From IMG/VR virus record IMGVR_UViG_3300022468_000269: DNA of 64,000 nucleotides, one strand, 5' to 3'. Made by a program: the position numbers and the translations under genes. Below the pieces are notes generated by a model. It worked only from the letters and a program-made list of their open reading frames with translations, had not been told where the DNA came from and ran no database searches. Positions within the stretch are counted from its first letter, which is position 1, and each line of letters begins with the position of its first letter. This document shows positions 18,449 to 27,253 of this stretch, piece by piece. The DNA is from an uncultured virus (IMG/VR IMGVR_UViG_3300022468_000269). Its lineage: Duplodnaviria; Heunggongvirae; Uroviricota; Caudoviricetes.

Positions 18449-20236
18449 ATGCTCAATCGCGCCTCGCAGTCTCGCGTTCCGGTAACGCGGGATTTGACGT
18501 TCCCGGCCCCCACGAAGGGCTGGGTTCAGTCGGGCAACATCACAACGGCGGGCTTGGATCAGGCCGAGGTGCTGGACAACTATTTCCCCACAGCGCAAGG
18601 GGCAAGGCTGCGCGGCGGCTCGTCGGAATATGCCGATATTGGTGCCGCGATTGTGCGGATGATGGTTTATTCGTCGTCGGCTGATGAATTGTTCGCGGCC
18701 ACGGCATCGGGGATTTACGACGCCGACCGGATCAATGCCGGTGGGGCCGTGTTTGCCGATGTGGCGGGCTTGGCTGGGGGCGATTGGTCCACGTCGCAAA
18801 TGACGACCTCGGGCGGGCAGTTCATGGTCTGCGCCAATGGCACAGATCCGGTGCATTACTACAACGGCACGGCCTGGAACCCGATCAACGGCGTTGCGGT
18901 GAATGACGTTACCTACGACGCATTGACTGCGGCGTTTAGCGTGGGTGAGACGGTCACAGGCGGCACGTCCGGGGCTACGGCAGTGGTTGTCAGCATCGTG
19001 CAGACAAGCGCCACAGCTGGCGTCCTGCGCGTTGGGGCGATAACGGGTGGCCCATTTGCGGATAACGAGGCCCTGACCTCGGCGGCGGGCGCTGCGACGG
19101 CCAACGGGGCATCTGCGGCGGGTTCGGCCATTACCATCACCGGGGTGACGACTTCAACGCTGGAGCAGGTGTGGCTTTACAAGTCGCGGCTGTTCTTTGT
19201 GGAGAAAGACAGCCAATCGGTCTGGTATCTGCCGGTGGCATCCATCGGCGGGGCTGCGGTGGAAATCCCGCTGGGCCCGATCTTCCGCAAGGGCGGGGAA
19301 GTGCTGTTTGGGGCCACTTGGTCGCTGGACAGCGGTTCAGGGCTTGACGATGTGTGTATCTTCGTCAGCAGCAACGGCGAACTTGCCGTATATGAAGGTT
19401 CCGACCCATCCGACGCGAATAACTGGTCGCTGGCTGGTGTCTATGAAATCGCGCGGCCATTGAACAAACACGCCTATTTCAAGGCCGGTGGGGATCTGGC
19501 TATCCTGACAGAGGACGGGATTATCCCAATCTCTGAGGCGTTGCAGAAGGATCGTGCAGCCCTTCAGGCCGTGGCCATCACATATCCGATCGAGGATGCG
19601 TGGAAGTCGGCTGTTGCCAACCGCACGACATCCTTTCCCGTGACGCCGACGCTGTGGCAGTCGCAGGCGTTGCTGATGATTGGCGTTCCCGGCACGTTGG
19701 GGATTGCCTATGTGGCCAATGCCAGAACCGGGGCGTGGTGCAGGTTCACCGGCTGGGATGTTCGCTGCGGAACGGTGGCGAATGACCGGCTGTATTTTGG
19801 CACCAACGCCGGAAAGGTGATGCGTGGCCAGTCGGGCGGCAATGACGATGGGGTGGCTTATACCGCAAAGTATGTGCCGAAGTTCACCGATGCGGGTTCG
19901 CCGGTTGTCAAAGTCGCCAATCACGCGGGCCTGACGGTGAAATCAGCCGGTTCACCCAATTTCGTCATGACGTGCTTTTCCGATTATGCCGTGGGCGATT
20001 ATCCGGTTGCGACAAGCCTTGTGTCGGAAAGCGGCGACGTCTGGGGAACGGGTGTATGGGGCACGTTTGTGTGGGGTTCTGGCGCGGCTGAGAACGCCTA
20101 TACCGTCTGGAAAGCGGTGCGGGCATCGGGCTATTCGCTGGCCCCGGCTGTGATTGTCACGGCAAACCAGACAAGCCTGCCCGCGTTTGAAATCCTGGCA
20201 ACGCGGCTGCGGTATGAAGTCGCCCGCACGCTTTGA
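18449..20236 (+). CDS. tail nozzle / DNA stabilisation protein (tubular protein B-like)
   Basis: 595 aa beta-rich protein after adaptor; YKSRLFF, TGAWCRFTGW. Confidence 0.75.
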   Translation: MLNRASQSRVPVTRDLTFPAPTKGWVQSGNITTAGLDQAEVLDNYFPTAQGARLRGGSSEYADIGAAIVRMMVYSSSADELFAATASGIYDADRINAGGAVFADVAGLAGGDWSTSQMTTSGGQFMVCANGTDPVHYYNGTAWNPINGVAVNDVTYDALTAAFSVGETVTGGTSGATAVVVSIVQTSATAGVLRVGAITGGPFADNEALTSAAGAATANGASAAGSAITITGVTTSTLEQVWLYKSRLFFVEKDSQSVWYLPVASIGGAAVEIPLGPIFRKGGEVLFGATWSLDSGSGLDDVCIFVSSNGELAVYEGSDPSDANNWSLAGVYEIARPLNKHAYFKAGGDLAILTEDGIIPISEALQKDRAALQAVAITYPIEDAWKSAVANRTTSFPVTPTLWQSQALLMIGVPGTLGIAYVANARTGAWCRFTGWDVRCGTVANDRLYFGTNAGKVMRGQSGGNDDGVAYTAKYVPKFTDAGSPVVKVANHAGLTVKSAGSPNFVMTCFSDYAVGDYPVATSLVSESGDVWGTGVWGTFVWGSGAAENAYTVWKAVRASGYSLAPAVIVTANQTSLPAFEILATRLRYEVARTL

Positions 20237-20684
20237 GTTTTACGACGCCGAACACAGCGCCCCTTGGGCAAAATGGGCGGCAGATCGTATCTCAGGGTGC
20301 GCAAGGGGCTGGGATGCCTGCGTGACCATGCGGGTGTTCCGGCAAGAAACGATTGGGGTTGTGGTCTATCACGACTGGAACCCCGAGGCACAGGTAATCT
20401 GCATGTCTGCGGCGGGTTCGGATGGGTGGCTAACTCGTCCGGTTCTCTACGCGATGCACGACTATGTTTTCAACCAAGCGGGCTGTCAGTTGGCAGTCCT
20501 GCAAACCTCCGAACATAACGCGGTGATGAGACGGATAGCACTGGCCTATGGCTACTGCGAATACCTCATTCCCCGCTTGCGTGGCCGCAATGAGGCCGAG
20601 GCGCTGTTGACCCTGACCGACGATGATTGGCGGGCGTCACGATTCCATAAGGACCATGCCCGTGGGAAAACCGAAGGCCCCTAA
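20214..20684 (+). CDS. GNAT-fold tail-assembly protein
   Basis: GVVVYHDW...WLTR...YVFNQAGC...; conserved position before ejection genes. Confidence 0.7.
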   Translation: MKSPARFEFYDAEHSAPWAKWAADRISGCARGWDACVTMRVFRQETIGVVVYHDWNPEAQVICMSAAGSDGWLTRPVLYAMHDYVFNQAGCQLAVLQTSEHNAVMRRIALAYGYCEYLIPRLRGRNEAEALLTLTDDDWRASRFHKDHARGKTEGP

Positions 20685-21468
20685 GCCGCCTAGCCCGATG
20701 GAAACCGCGTCCGCACAGACCGGCACCAACATCGGCACGGCCATTGCCAACAACACCATGGGGATGGTGGACCAATACACCCCGGACGGTTCGCTGACCT
20801 ATGCGACCACGGGGATGCAGTCCTATACCGACCCCTACACCGGCAAGACATACGAAATCCCCAAGTATTCGGCCACCACGTCGCTGTCGGAAGCCCAACA
20901 GGCCATCAAGACGCAGAACGATCAGACGCAATTGGGCCTGTCGGAAATCGGCAACAACCAAACGCAATTCCTGAAGGATTACCTGTCCACCCCGTTCAGC
21001 GGGGATACAGCGGCAATCGAGGATCGGCTGTCGGAATTGGGCCGCGCGCGCCTTGACCCGCTGGCAGCACAGCGCCGGGATCAGTTGCAGACCCGTCTGA
21101 CAAATCAGGGCATTACGCCCGGTTCGGAAGCCTACAACCGCGAAATGGGCTTGGCCGGACAGCAGGAAAACGACGCTTACAACCAGTTGTTCCTGACGGG
21201 CCGGGGGCAGGCGTTTGGCGAATTGCAGGCGCAGCGCAACCAGCCCATCAACGAAATCAGCGCGCTTCTGAGCGGTTCGCAGGTGTCACAGCCAAATGTG
21301 CAGATGCAGAACCCTGGCGGGGCAGCAACCACGGATGTGGCGGGGCTGATTAACCAGAATTACAACCAGCGGCAGCAGAATTACCAACAGCAAATGGCGC
21401 AGCGCCAAGGGCTGATGGGCGGGCTGTTCGGGCTTGGGGCTTCTGCCATCACCGGGGGGCTGTTCTGA
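20656..21468 (+). CDS. DNA ejection/pilot protein
   Basis: Q/N-rich, C-terminal GGLFGLG; MPVGKPKAPKPP start. Confidence 0.7.
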   Translation: MPVGKPKAPKPPSPMETASAQTGTNIGTAIANNTMGMVDQYTPDGSLTYATTGMQSYTDPYTGKTYEIPKYSATTSLSEAQQAIKTQNDQTQLGLSEIGNNQTQFLKDYLSTPFSGDTAAIEDRLSELGRARLDPLAAQRRDQLQTRLTNQGITPGSEAYNREMGLAGQQENDAYNQLFLTGRGQAFGELQAQRNQPINEISALLSGSQVSQPNVQMQNPGGAATTDVAGLINQNYNQRQQNYQQQMAQRQGLMGGLFGLGASAITGGLF

Positions 21469-21469
21469 C

Positions 21470-23176
21470 ATGTCATTCATCTTCGGTGGCAACACAGGCA
21501 TGTCTTACGAGGACGTGCAGCGCAAGCGCGCCATTGCCGAGCAGCTTATTGCCGCGAACACCAGAACCCCGCAGAACGTAGGCGAAGGGCTTCACGCCAT
21601 TGGCCGCGCATTGGCTGGACGGGCGATTGAAAAGCGCACCGCGAAAGCCGACGAGGACAACCGCAGCAAGTTCGGGGAACAGTTCGCATCGGCCTTTGGT
21701 GGCGGTGCATCTGCGTTCGGCGGTGGCGGTGCTACGCCTTACGCTTCCCCAGCACCTTCACCCGACCCCAACAGCGGCGCAGGCGTGGCAAATGACGCCA
21801 TGTCTGTTCTGGGCAACTTCGGTTCACTGGAGCAGCAGCACGGGCTTCCGGCTGGCTATCTGGAGCGCACCTATCAGATTGAAAGCGGCGGCAACCCGAA
21901 CGCGCAGAACCCCAATTCCAGCGCAGGCGGCGGCTTCCAATTCATCGACAGCACGGCGAAACAATACGGGTTGGAAAACAAGTTCGACTTGGGCGCATCG
22001 GCGGCTGCTGCGGCACGGCTGGCAGCGGACAACAAGGCGCAGTTGGTGAAAGTCCTTGGGCGGGAACCCACGGCGGGAGAATTGTATCTTGCGCACCAGC
22101 AGGGCGGCGGCGGGGCTTCCAAGCTGCTGGCCAACCCGCAGGCGCGGGCTGTGGACATCGTGGGCGCGGATGCTGTTCGGCTGAACGGCGGCGATGCAAA
22201 CATGACGGCAGGCGAATTCGCGGGGCTGTGGCTGAACAAGTTCGGCGGCGATGCACAACCCCCGCAGGGCGAAGTGCGCACGGCACAGGCGGGCGGGCTG
22301 GACATCGCCACCATCGCGGATCTGGCCAGCAACCCCTACGCCACACCGGGGCAGAAGGCGGTGCTGGAAGCCTTGATGCAGCAGCAGATGCAAAGCGCCG
22401 ACCCGATGCGGCAGATGGAAATGGAACGCGCGCGGCTCGAACTGGACGCGCTGAAAAATCCGCAGCCGGACAAGCCAACTGCGACAATCCAAGAATACGA
22501 GTTTGCCAAGGCGCAGGGCTACCCCGGCACGTTCACCGAATACAAAACCGAAATGGCAGCGGCGGGCAAGTCGTCAACCAACGTCACCGTTGGCGGGCAG
22601 GGCGACATTGGCACCATCCCGCAGGGCTACGAGGTGTTTCAAGATGAAACCGGGCAGCGCAGAATGCGCCGTATCCCCGGTGGGCCTGAAGATAACACAC
22701 AGACGGATGCAGCGGCGGCAGGGAACCGTGATGTGGCGACGTCCACCATCACCACGGCGGCACAGCGCGCGCGGGAAGCGGCGGGGGAACGTGTGTTCTC
22801 TGGCCCCTTGAGCGGTGTTGCGGCCATGAACCCCTCTGGCGCAAACGCGGAAATCTACCGGCAGGTGGAAGTGCTGAAGTCGCAGGCCATTGTCGGCAAC
22901 TTGCAGGCAATGCGGGACGCTTCGCCCACAGGCGGCGCGCTTGGCGCGGTGACAGCGCCAGAATTGAAAATGTTGGCCGACAAGTCGGGCGCATTGGACC
23001 CCAGAAGCCCCAACTTCCTGCGCGACCTAGACGATTACGAGCGTTCGCTGCTGAACGTTATTCACGGGCCAGAAGTCGGCGAACGCATTTTCAACGAAAC
23101 GCGGGGCGGGGCAAACACCCCAGACGCTGACGGGTGGCAGACGATTAATGGCGTCAAGGTAAGGGTCAAGCAGTAA
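21470..23176 (+). CDS. internal virion protein with lytic transglycosylase domain
   Basis: QIESGGNPNAQNPNSSAGGGFQFIDST...YLAHQQG SLT motifs. Confidence 0.8.
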   Translation: MSFIFGGNTGMSYEDVQRKRAIAEQLIAANTRTPQNVGEGLHAIGRALAGRAIEKRTAKADEDNRSKFGEQFASAFGGGASAFGGGGATPYASPAPSPDPNSGAGVANDAMSVLGNFGSLEQQHGLPAGYLERTYQIESGGNPNAQNPNSSAGGGFQFIDSTAKQYGLENKFDLGASAAAAARLAADNKAQLVKVLGREPTAGELYLAHQQGGGGASKLLANPQARAVDIVGADAVRLNGGDANMTAGEFAGLWLNKFGGDAQPPQGEVRTAQAGGLDIATIADLASNPYATPGQKAVLEALMQQQMQSADPMRQMEMERARLELDALKNPQPDKPTATIQEYEFAKAQGYPGTFTEYKTEMAAAGKSSTNVTVGGQGDIGTIPQGYEVFQDETGQRRMRRIPGGPEDNTQTDAAAAGNRDVATSTITTAAQRAREAAGERVFSGPLSGVAAMNPSGANAEIYRQVEVLKSQAIVGNLQAMRDASPTGGALGAVTAPELKMLADKSGALDPRSPNFLRDLDDYERSLLNVIHGPEVGERIFNETRGGANTPDADGWQTINGVKVRVKQ

Positions 23177-25149
23177 TGGCAATCTTTGAAATCCAAGGCC
23201 CGGACGGCAAAATCTACGAGGTTGACGCCCCGTCGATTGAGCAAGCCGCGTCTGCCGTCAAATCGCTTGCGGACCCTGCGGGCGGTTCATCCGTCAACCC
23301 GCAGGCGGTGGACGAGATGAGCAACAAGGGCCGCGCATTGGCGACCGGCGTTGCCAATGGCGCGTCCTTTGGTTTCGGTGACAATATCGCGGGCCTGATC
23401 GAGGGTTCAAAAGAAGTGCTGCAAGGCCGCGACTTTGGGCGCGGGTATCAATACGGCCTAGGCACGGCGCGCGAAGGCATGGCGCGGGACGCAGCCGCAG
23501 AACCCGGCTTGACGACTGTTGGTAACATTGCGGGCGCTACCCTGCCAGCCTTAGCCTCTGCCCCGCTGGCGGGCGGTGCAGGCTTGCTTGGCACGATGGG
23601 GCGCGGCGGGGCTATCGGCGCTGTAGAGGGCGGGCTGCAAGGCGCTGGCAACGCTGACGGGCAGGACGTGCTGGGCCAGACCATCAAGGGCGCGGCTATC
23701 GGTGCCGGTGCTGGCATCGCGGCTCCTGCGCTAGTGGCCGGTGGCGCTGCCCTGAAGAATGGCGTCATGGACCCCGTTACCGGCGTCTTTGACTCCATGA
23801 TGAGCCGCGCCAGCAACAGCAAGGCCAACCGCGCAGTTTCTAAGGCACTGAGCAGCAGCGGCAAGACTGAGCAGGAAATCGTTGACGCATTGACGCGGGC
23901 GGGGCGTGAAGGGCAACCGGAATTTCGCCTGATGGATGCCTTGGGCGTTGCGGGCCAGCGGCAGGCGTCCGGCGTGGCGCGGGCGGGTGGCGATGCTGGC
24001 CGGGAAATCACGGAATTCCTGCAAAGCCGCCAACTGGACCAAGGCGACCGCGTGAGCGGGTTCATTGACGATGCTTTCGGGACCAAAGGCACCACGGCGG
24101 CGCAAACCCGCGAAGGGCTGACGACTGCGCGCGGTGCGGCTGCTGATACGGCCTATGCGGCTGCGCGTGGCAATGCGGCCCCTGTGGACGTGCAGGGCGC
24201 TTTGGGCGTGATTGACGCCCGTATCGGCGGCATGAGTGGCAGCGGCATTGCGGGCGACAGCATCGACGGCAAGCTGTCCAGCTATCGCAGCCGCCTTGCT
24301 GGCGATGGTGCGGGCCTTGGTAACGGCGTCACAGGCGCAGAACTGAGCGACTTTGACCGGGTGCTGGGCGTCAAGCAATCCATCCAGGACGACATCGGCG
24401 CGGCGGTTCGGGCGGGCCGGAACAACGAGGCGCGCGAACTCACCAAGCTGGCAAACGAACTTGACGCCGCCCTAGAGGCATCAAGTGATGGATACCGGGC
24501 GGCGAATGACGGGTTCCGCGAGGCGTCCCGCGTGATCGGGGCTGTTGACGAAGGCGCAGCCATGGCAACCCGTGGCCGCGCTGCTGACAACGTGCCAGCC
24601 TTCAACGCCATGCCGGGGCCACAGCAAGACGCTGCCCGCATCGGTTATGGCGACAACCTGCTGAACAAGCTGGAAGCCGTCACAGCCCCCACAGCCAACC
24701 GCGCAAAGCCGCTTCTCAGCACCAAGCGCACGACGGAAGCCGACGCGATGGCCGTTGGCCCGACAATCTACCGCGACCGTCTGGCCCGCGAAAATACGAT
24801 GTGGGAGACGCAGAACCGCGCGCTAGGCGGGTCCAAGACTGCGGACAACCTGCAAGACATTGACGCTATCGAAGGGCTGGCAGGCGGGGCGCTGGACGTA
24901 GCTCGCTCGGCAGGCAACTTTCAGTTTGGCGATGTGGTTGCCAAGATCAGCGCAATGCTCGGCCCGATGGCGCGTGGCCAGACGGATGAGACGCGGCAAC
25001 TGATTGCGAAAATCCTTATGTCAGACGACCCGGCGAAGGCGCTTGCCCCCGTTCTGCGGCAGGAACTGGCATCGGCGGCAAAGCGGCGCGTTGCGGAATC
25101 GTTGCTGCGCCAGCCTCTGCGCGAAGCCGGGATTGCATCAACTAAGTAG
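23176..25149 (+). CDS. large DNA injection protein
   Basis: 657 aa Ala/Gly-rich; FEIQGPDGKIYEV N-terminus; third ejection gene. Confidence 0.7.
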   Translation: MAIFEIQGPDGKIYEVDAPSIEQAASAVKSLADPAGGSSVNPQAVDEMSNKGRALATGVANGASFGFGDNIAGLIEGSKEVLQGRDFGRGYQYGLGTAREGMARDAAAEPGLTTVGNIAGATLPALASAPLAGGAGLLGTMGRGGAIGAVEGGLQGAGNADGQDVLGQTIKGAAIGAGAGIAAPALVAGGAALKNGVMDPVTGVFDSMMSRASNSKANRAVSKALSSSGKTEQEIVDALTRAGREGQPEFRLMDALGVAGQRQASGVARAGGDAGREITEFLQSRQLDQGDRVSGFIDDAFGTKGTTAAQTREGLTTARGAAADTAYAAARGNAAPVDVQGALGVIDARIGGMSGSGIAGDSIDGKLSSYRSRLAGDGAGLGNGVTGAELSDFDRVLGVKQSIQDDIGAAVRAGRNNEARELTKLANELDAALEASSDGYRAANDGFREASRVIGAVDEGAAMATRGRAADNVPAFNAMPGPQQDAARIGYGDNLLNKLEAVTAPTANRAKPLLSTKRTTEADAMAVGPTIYRDRLARENTMWETQNRALGGSKTADNLQDIDAIEGLAGGALDVARSAGNFQFGDVVAKISAMLGPMARGQTDETRQLIAKILMSDDPAKALAPVLRQELASAAKRRVAESLLRQPLREAGIASTK

Positions 25150-25350
25150 GGCAAACCCGCCCGACATGACGACCGGCGCGGCGATCAAGCCAAGGTAAAC
25201 CCAAAGTGGAAGCTGGTCGTCCTTGACGCCTTGCTTCTGCAATTTGCTGCATTTCATCGCGGCCATGAAGAACGCGAAGCAAAGCGCGTTCGCCAGGATG
25301 ATTGCCGAAACGAACGGCAAAATTGCCCAAATATCCAAGCGCGCCTCCAT
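25138..25350 (-). CDS. small antisense membrane protein (superinfection-exclusion candidate)
   Basis: MEARLDIWAILPFVSAIILANALCFAFF...LWVYLGLIAAPVVMSGGFALLS, two hydrophobic helices; fills the gap between plus-strand genes. Confidence 0.6.
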   Translation of the reverse strand: MEARLDIWAILPFVSAIILANALCFAFFMAAMKCSKLQKQGVKDDQLPLWVYLGLIAAPVVMSGGFALLS

Positions 25351-25393
25351 TTCAAGGCGCGGATGATACCCCACATCTGAAAGGAAGTCCACC

Positions 25394-26449
25394 ATGAGCC
25401 GAAATATGGCGGGCGTGTATACGCTTCCGGCAGGGTCAACGATTGCCAATGGCGACCTGAGCGATGCCACGGACCTTAACGGCCCTCTGGCTGACATCGA
25501 AGCTGATCTAAACGTAGTGCGCCCCATCGTTGCGGGCGGCACGGGTGCCAGCACGGCGGCGGGGGCTGTGACGGCATTGGGCTTCACCGCCACGGCTGCG
25601 GACATCAGCGCGGCGGCGGCGGGCTTGTCGGGCCTGACTGCGACGGCGGCGGAACTGAACATCCTGGACGGCGCGACTGTCACCACAGCCGAGTTGAACA
25701 TCCTCGACGGTGCCACGCTGACGGTCACGGAACTGAACTATGTGGACGGCGTGACATCGGCCATCCAGACGCAGTTGAACGCCAAGGCGGCGCTGGCATC
25801 CCCCACGTTCACAGGCACCCCTGCGGCCCCTACGGCTGCGGTAGGGACTAACACCACGCAGGTGGCAACAACCGCCTTTGTGCGGGCGGAATTGCTGGAC
25901 GAGGATAACTTTGCCACCAACAGCGCCACCCGGCCCCCATCGCAGCAATCAACGAAGGCTTATGTCGATGCGGCTGTGGCTGCTGTGGGTGGTGGTGGAT
26001 GGGAACCCTTCAACGGGACGGACGGCATTGTTTACAGCCATGCGGTGACGGGCAACGTGGCCGATGTGGAAAGCGCCGCGCTGGATGATGGCTATGAATA
26101 CTTGGCCATCTATGACGGGATCAGCGTAAGCGCCGGGACAATTGATTTCAACATCGCCTTGTATCGTGACACGTCCGCAGCCTATGCGGGCGACATCCCG
26201 CTTGGCGCAGTTGGGTTGGGTTCGAGTGGATTTTCCTACATCATGGCTCCGCGCGTGACGGCCAAGCAACACGCCGTTCAGTCGCAGTTTCTGGCAGACA
26301 GCACCAACGCCACCACGCTTGCGGCCATCACGGCATATTCCGTGCAGCACACCACCCGGCAGAAGATCGGCAAATTCCGCTGGCGGTTCAGTTCCAACAA
26401 CATCGACGCAGGTATCATCTACCTGTATCGCCGCGCGTTCACCGCATAG
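25394..26449 (+). CDS. tail fibre protein
   Basis: ELNILDG repeats and LASPTFTGTPAAPT...TTQVATTAFV fibre motif. Confidence 0.8.
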   Translation: MSRNMAGVYTLPAGSTIANGDLSDATDLNGPLADIEADLNVVRPIVAGGTGASTAAGAVTALGFTATAADISAAAAGLSGLTATAAELNILDGATVTTAELNILDGATLTVTELNYVDGVTSAIQTQLNAKAALASPTFTGTPAAPTAAVGTNTTQVATTAFVRAELLDEDNFATNSATRPPSQQSTKAYVDAAVAAVGGGGWEPFNGTDGIVYSHAVTGNVADVESAALDDGYEYLAIYDGISVSAGTIDFNIALYRDTSAAYAGDIPLGAVGLGSSGFSYIMAPRVTAKQHAVQSQFLADSTNATTLAAITAYSVQHTTRQKIGKFRWRFSSNNIDAGIIYLYRRAFTA

Positions 26450-26458
26450 GGGCCTGAC

Positions 26459-27253
26459 ATGCAGCTTGGATTGGGCCTTGGGGTTACACGGCAGCAGGGC
26501 GGGTATTCGCCGCTTTCGCTATTCGCAGCATCTGAACAGGGCGCGTGGTATGACCCGAGCGACTTATCAACGCTGTTCCAGGACAGCGCCGGGACAACAC
26601 CTGTCACCGCAGCGGGGCAACCTGTCGGGCTTATGCGGGACAAGTCAGGACGGGCCAACCATGCCACGCAGACCACGGCGGCCTCGCGCCCAACGTATCA
26701 AACCAGCGGCGGGCTGCATTGGCTGGTGTTCGACGGTGTAGACGACTTCCTTGTCACGCCGACGATCACGCCGGGGACGGACAAGGTGCAGGTGTTCGCG
26801 GGGGTGCGAAAATCGAGTGATGCGGCGTCGGGAATTGCCGTTGAACTTGGCACTGATTCAGCGGCTCAAAACGGGTCATTCGGCTTGTTTGCCCCTTCAG
26901 TCTCGGGCGCGAATTCATACCGCTTTCTAAGTAGGGGGACCGTCACTAAGGACGCAGGAACCGGAGTATTTGCCGCCGCACCGGATACAGCGGTTGTCAC
27001 GGTGATTGGGGATATATCCGGGCCTTTGGCTTCACTCCGCCGCAATGGTTCCGTTGTCACATCCACAGCGACAGACCAAGGCACAGGCAACTACCTTGCC
27101 TATCCGGTCTATATCGGACGCCGTGGGGGCACAGCCCTGCAATTCAACGGCAACGTCTACGGCATGACCATGCGCTTTGGCCCTAACCTGTCCGCAGCGC
27201 AAATCGCGCAGGCTGAAGCCTACATGGCCGGAAAAACAGGGGTGACGCTGTGA
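26459..27253 (+). CDS. head-spike fibre-like protein with LamG/lectin-like domain
   Basis: N-terminal LGLGLG anchor; WYDPSDLSTLFQDSAGTTPV...DKSG...FDGVDD. Confidence 0.65.
   Translation: MQLGLGLGVTRQQGGYSPLSLFAASEQGAWYDPSDLSTLFQDSAGTTPVTAAGQPVGLMRDKSGRANHATQTTAASRPTYQTSGGLHWLVFDGVDDFLVTPTITPGTDKVQVFAGVRKSSDAASGIAVELGTDSAAQNGSFGLFAPSVSGANSYRFLSRGTVTKDAGTGVFAAAPDTAVVTVIGDISGPLASLRRNGSVVTSTATDQGTGNYLAYPVYIGRRGGTALQFNGNVYGMTMRFGPNLSAAQIAQAEAYMAGKTGVTL

Noticed and set aside
195..27000. Many long overlapping alternative-frame ORFs in the GC-rich half
   Set aside because: Expected from scarcity of stop codons at high GC; Arg/Pro/Ala-rich, no motifs, and overlapping well-supported genes.
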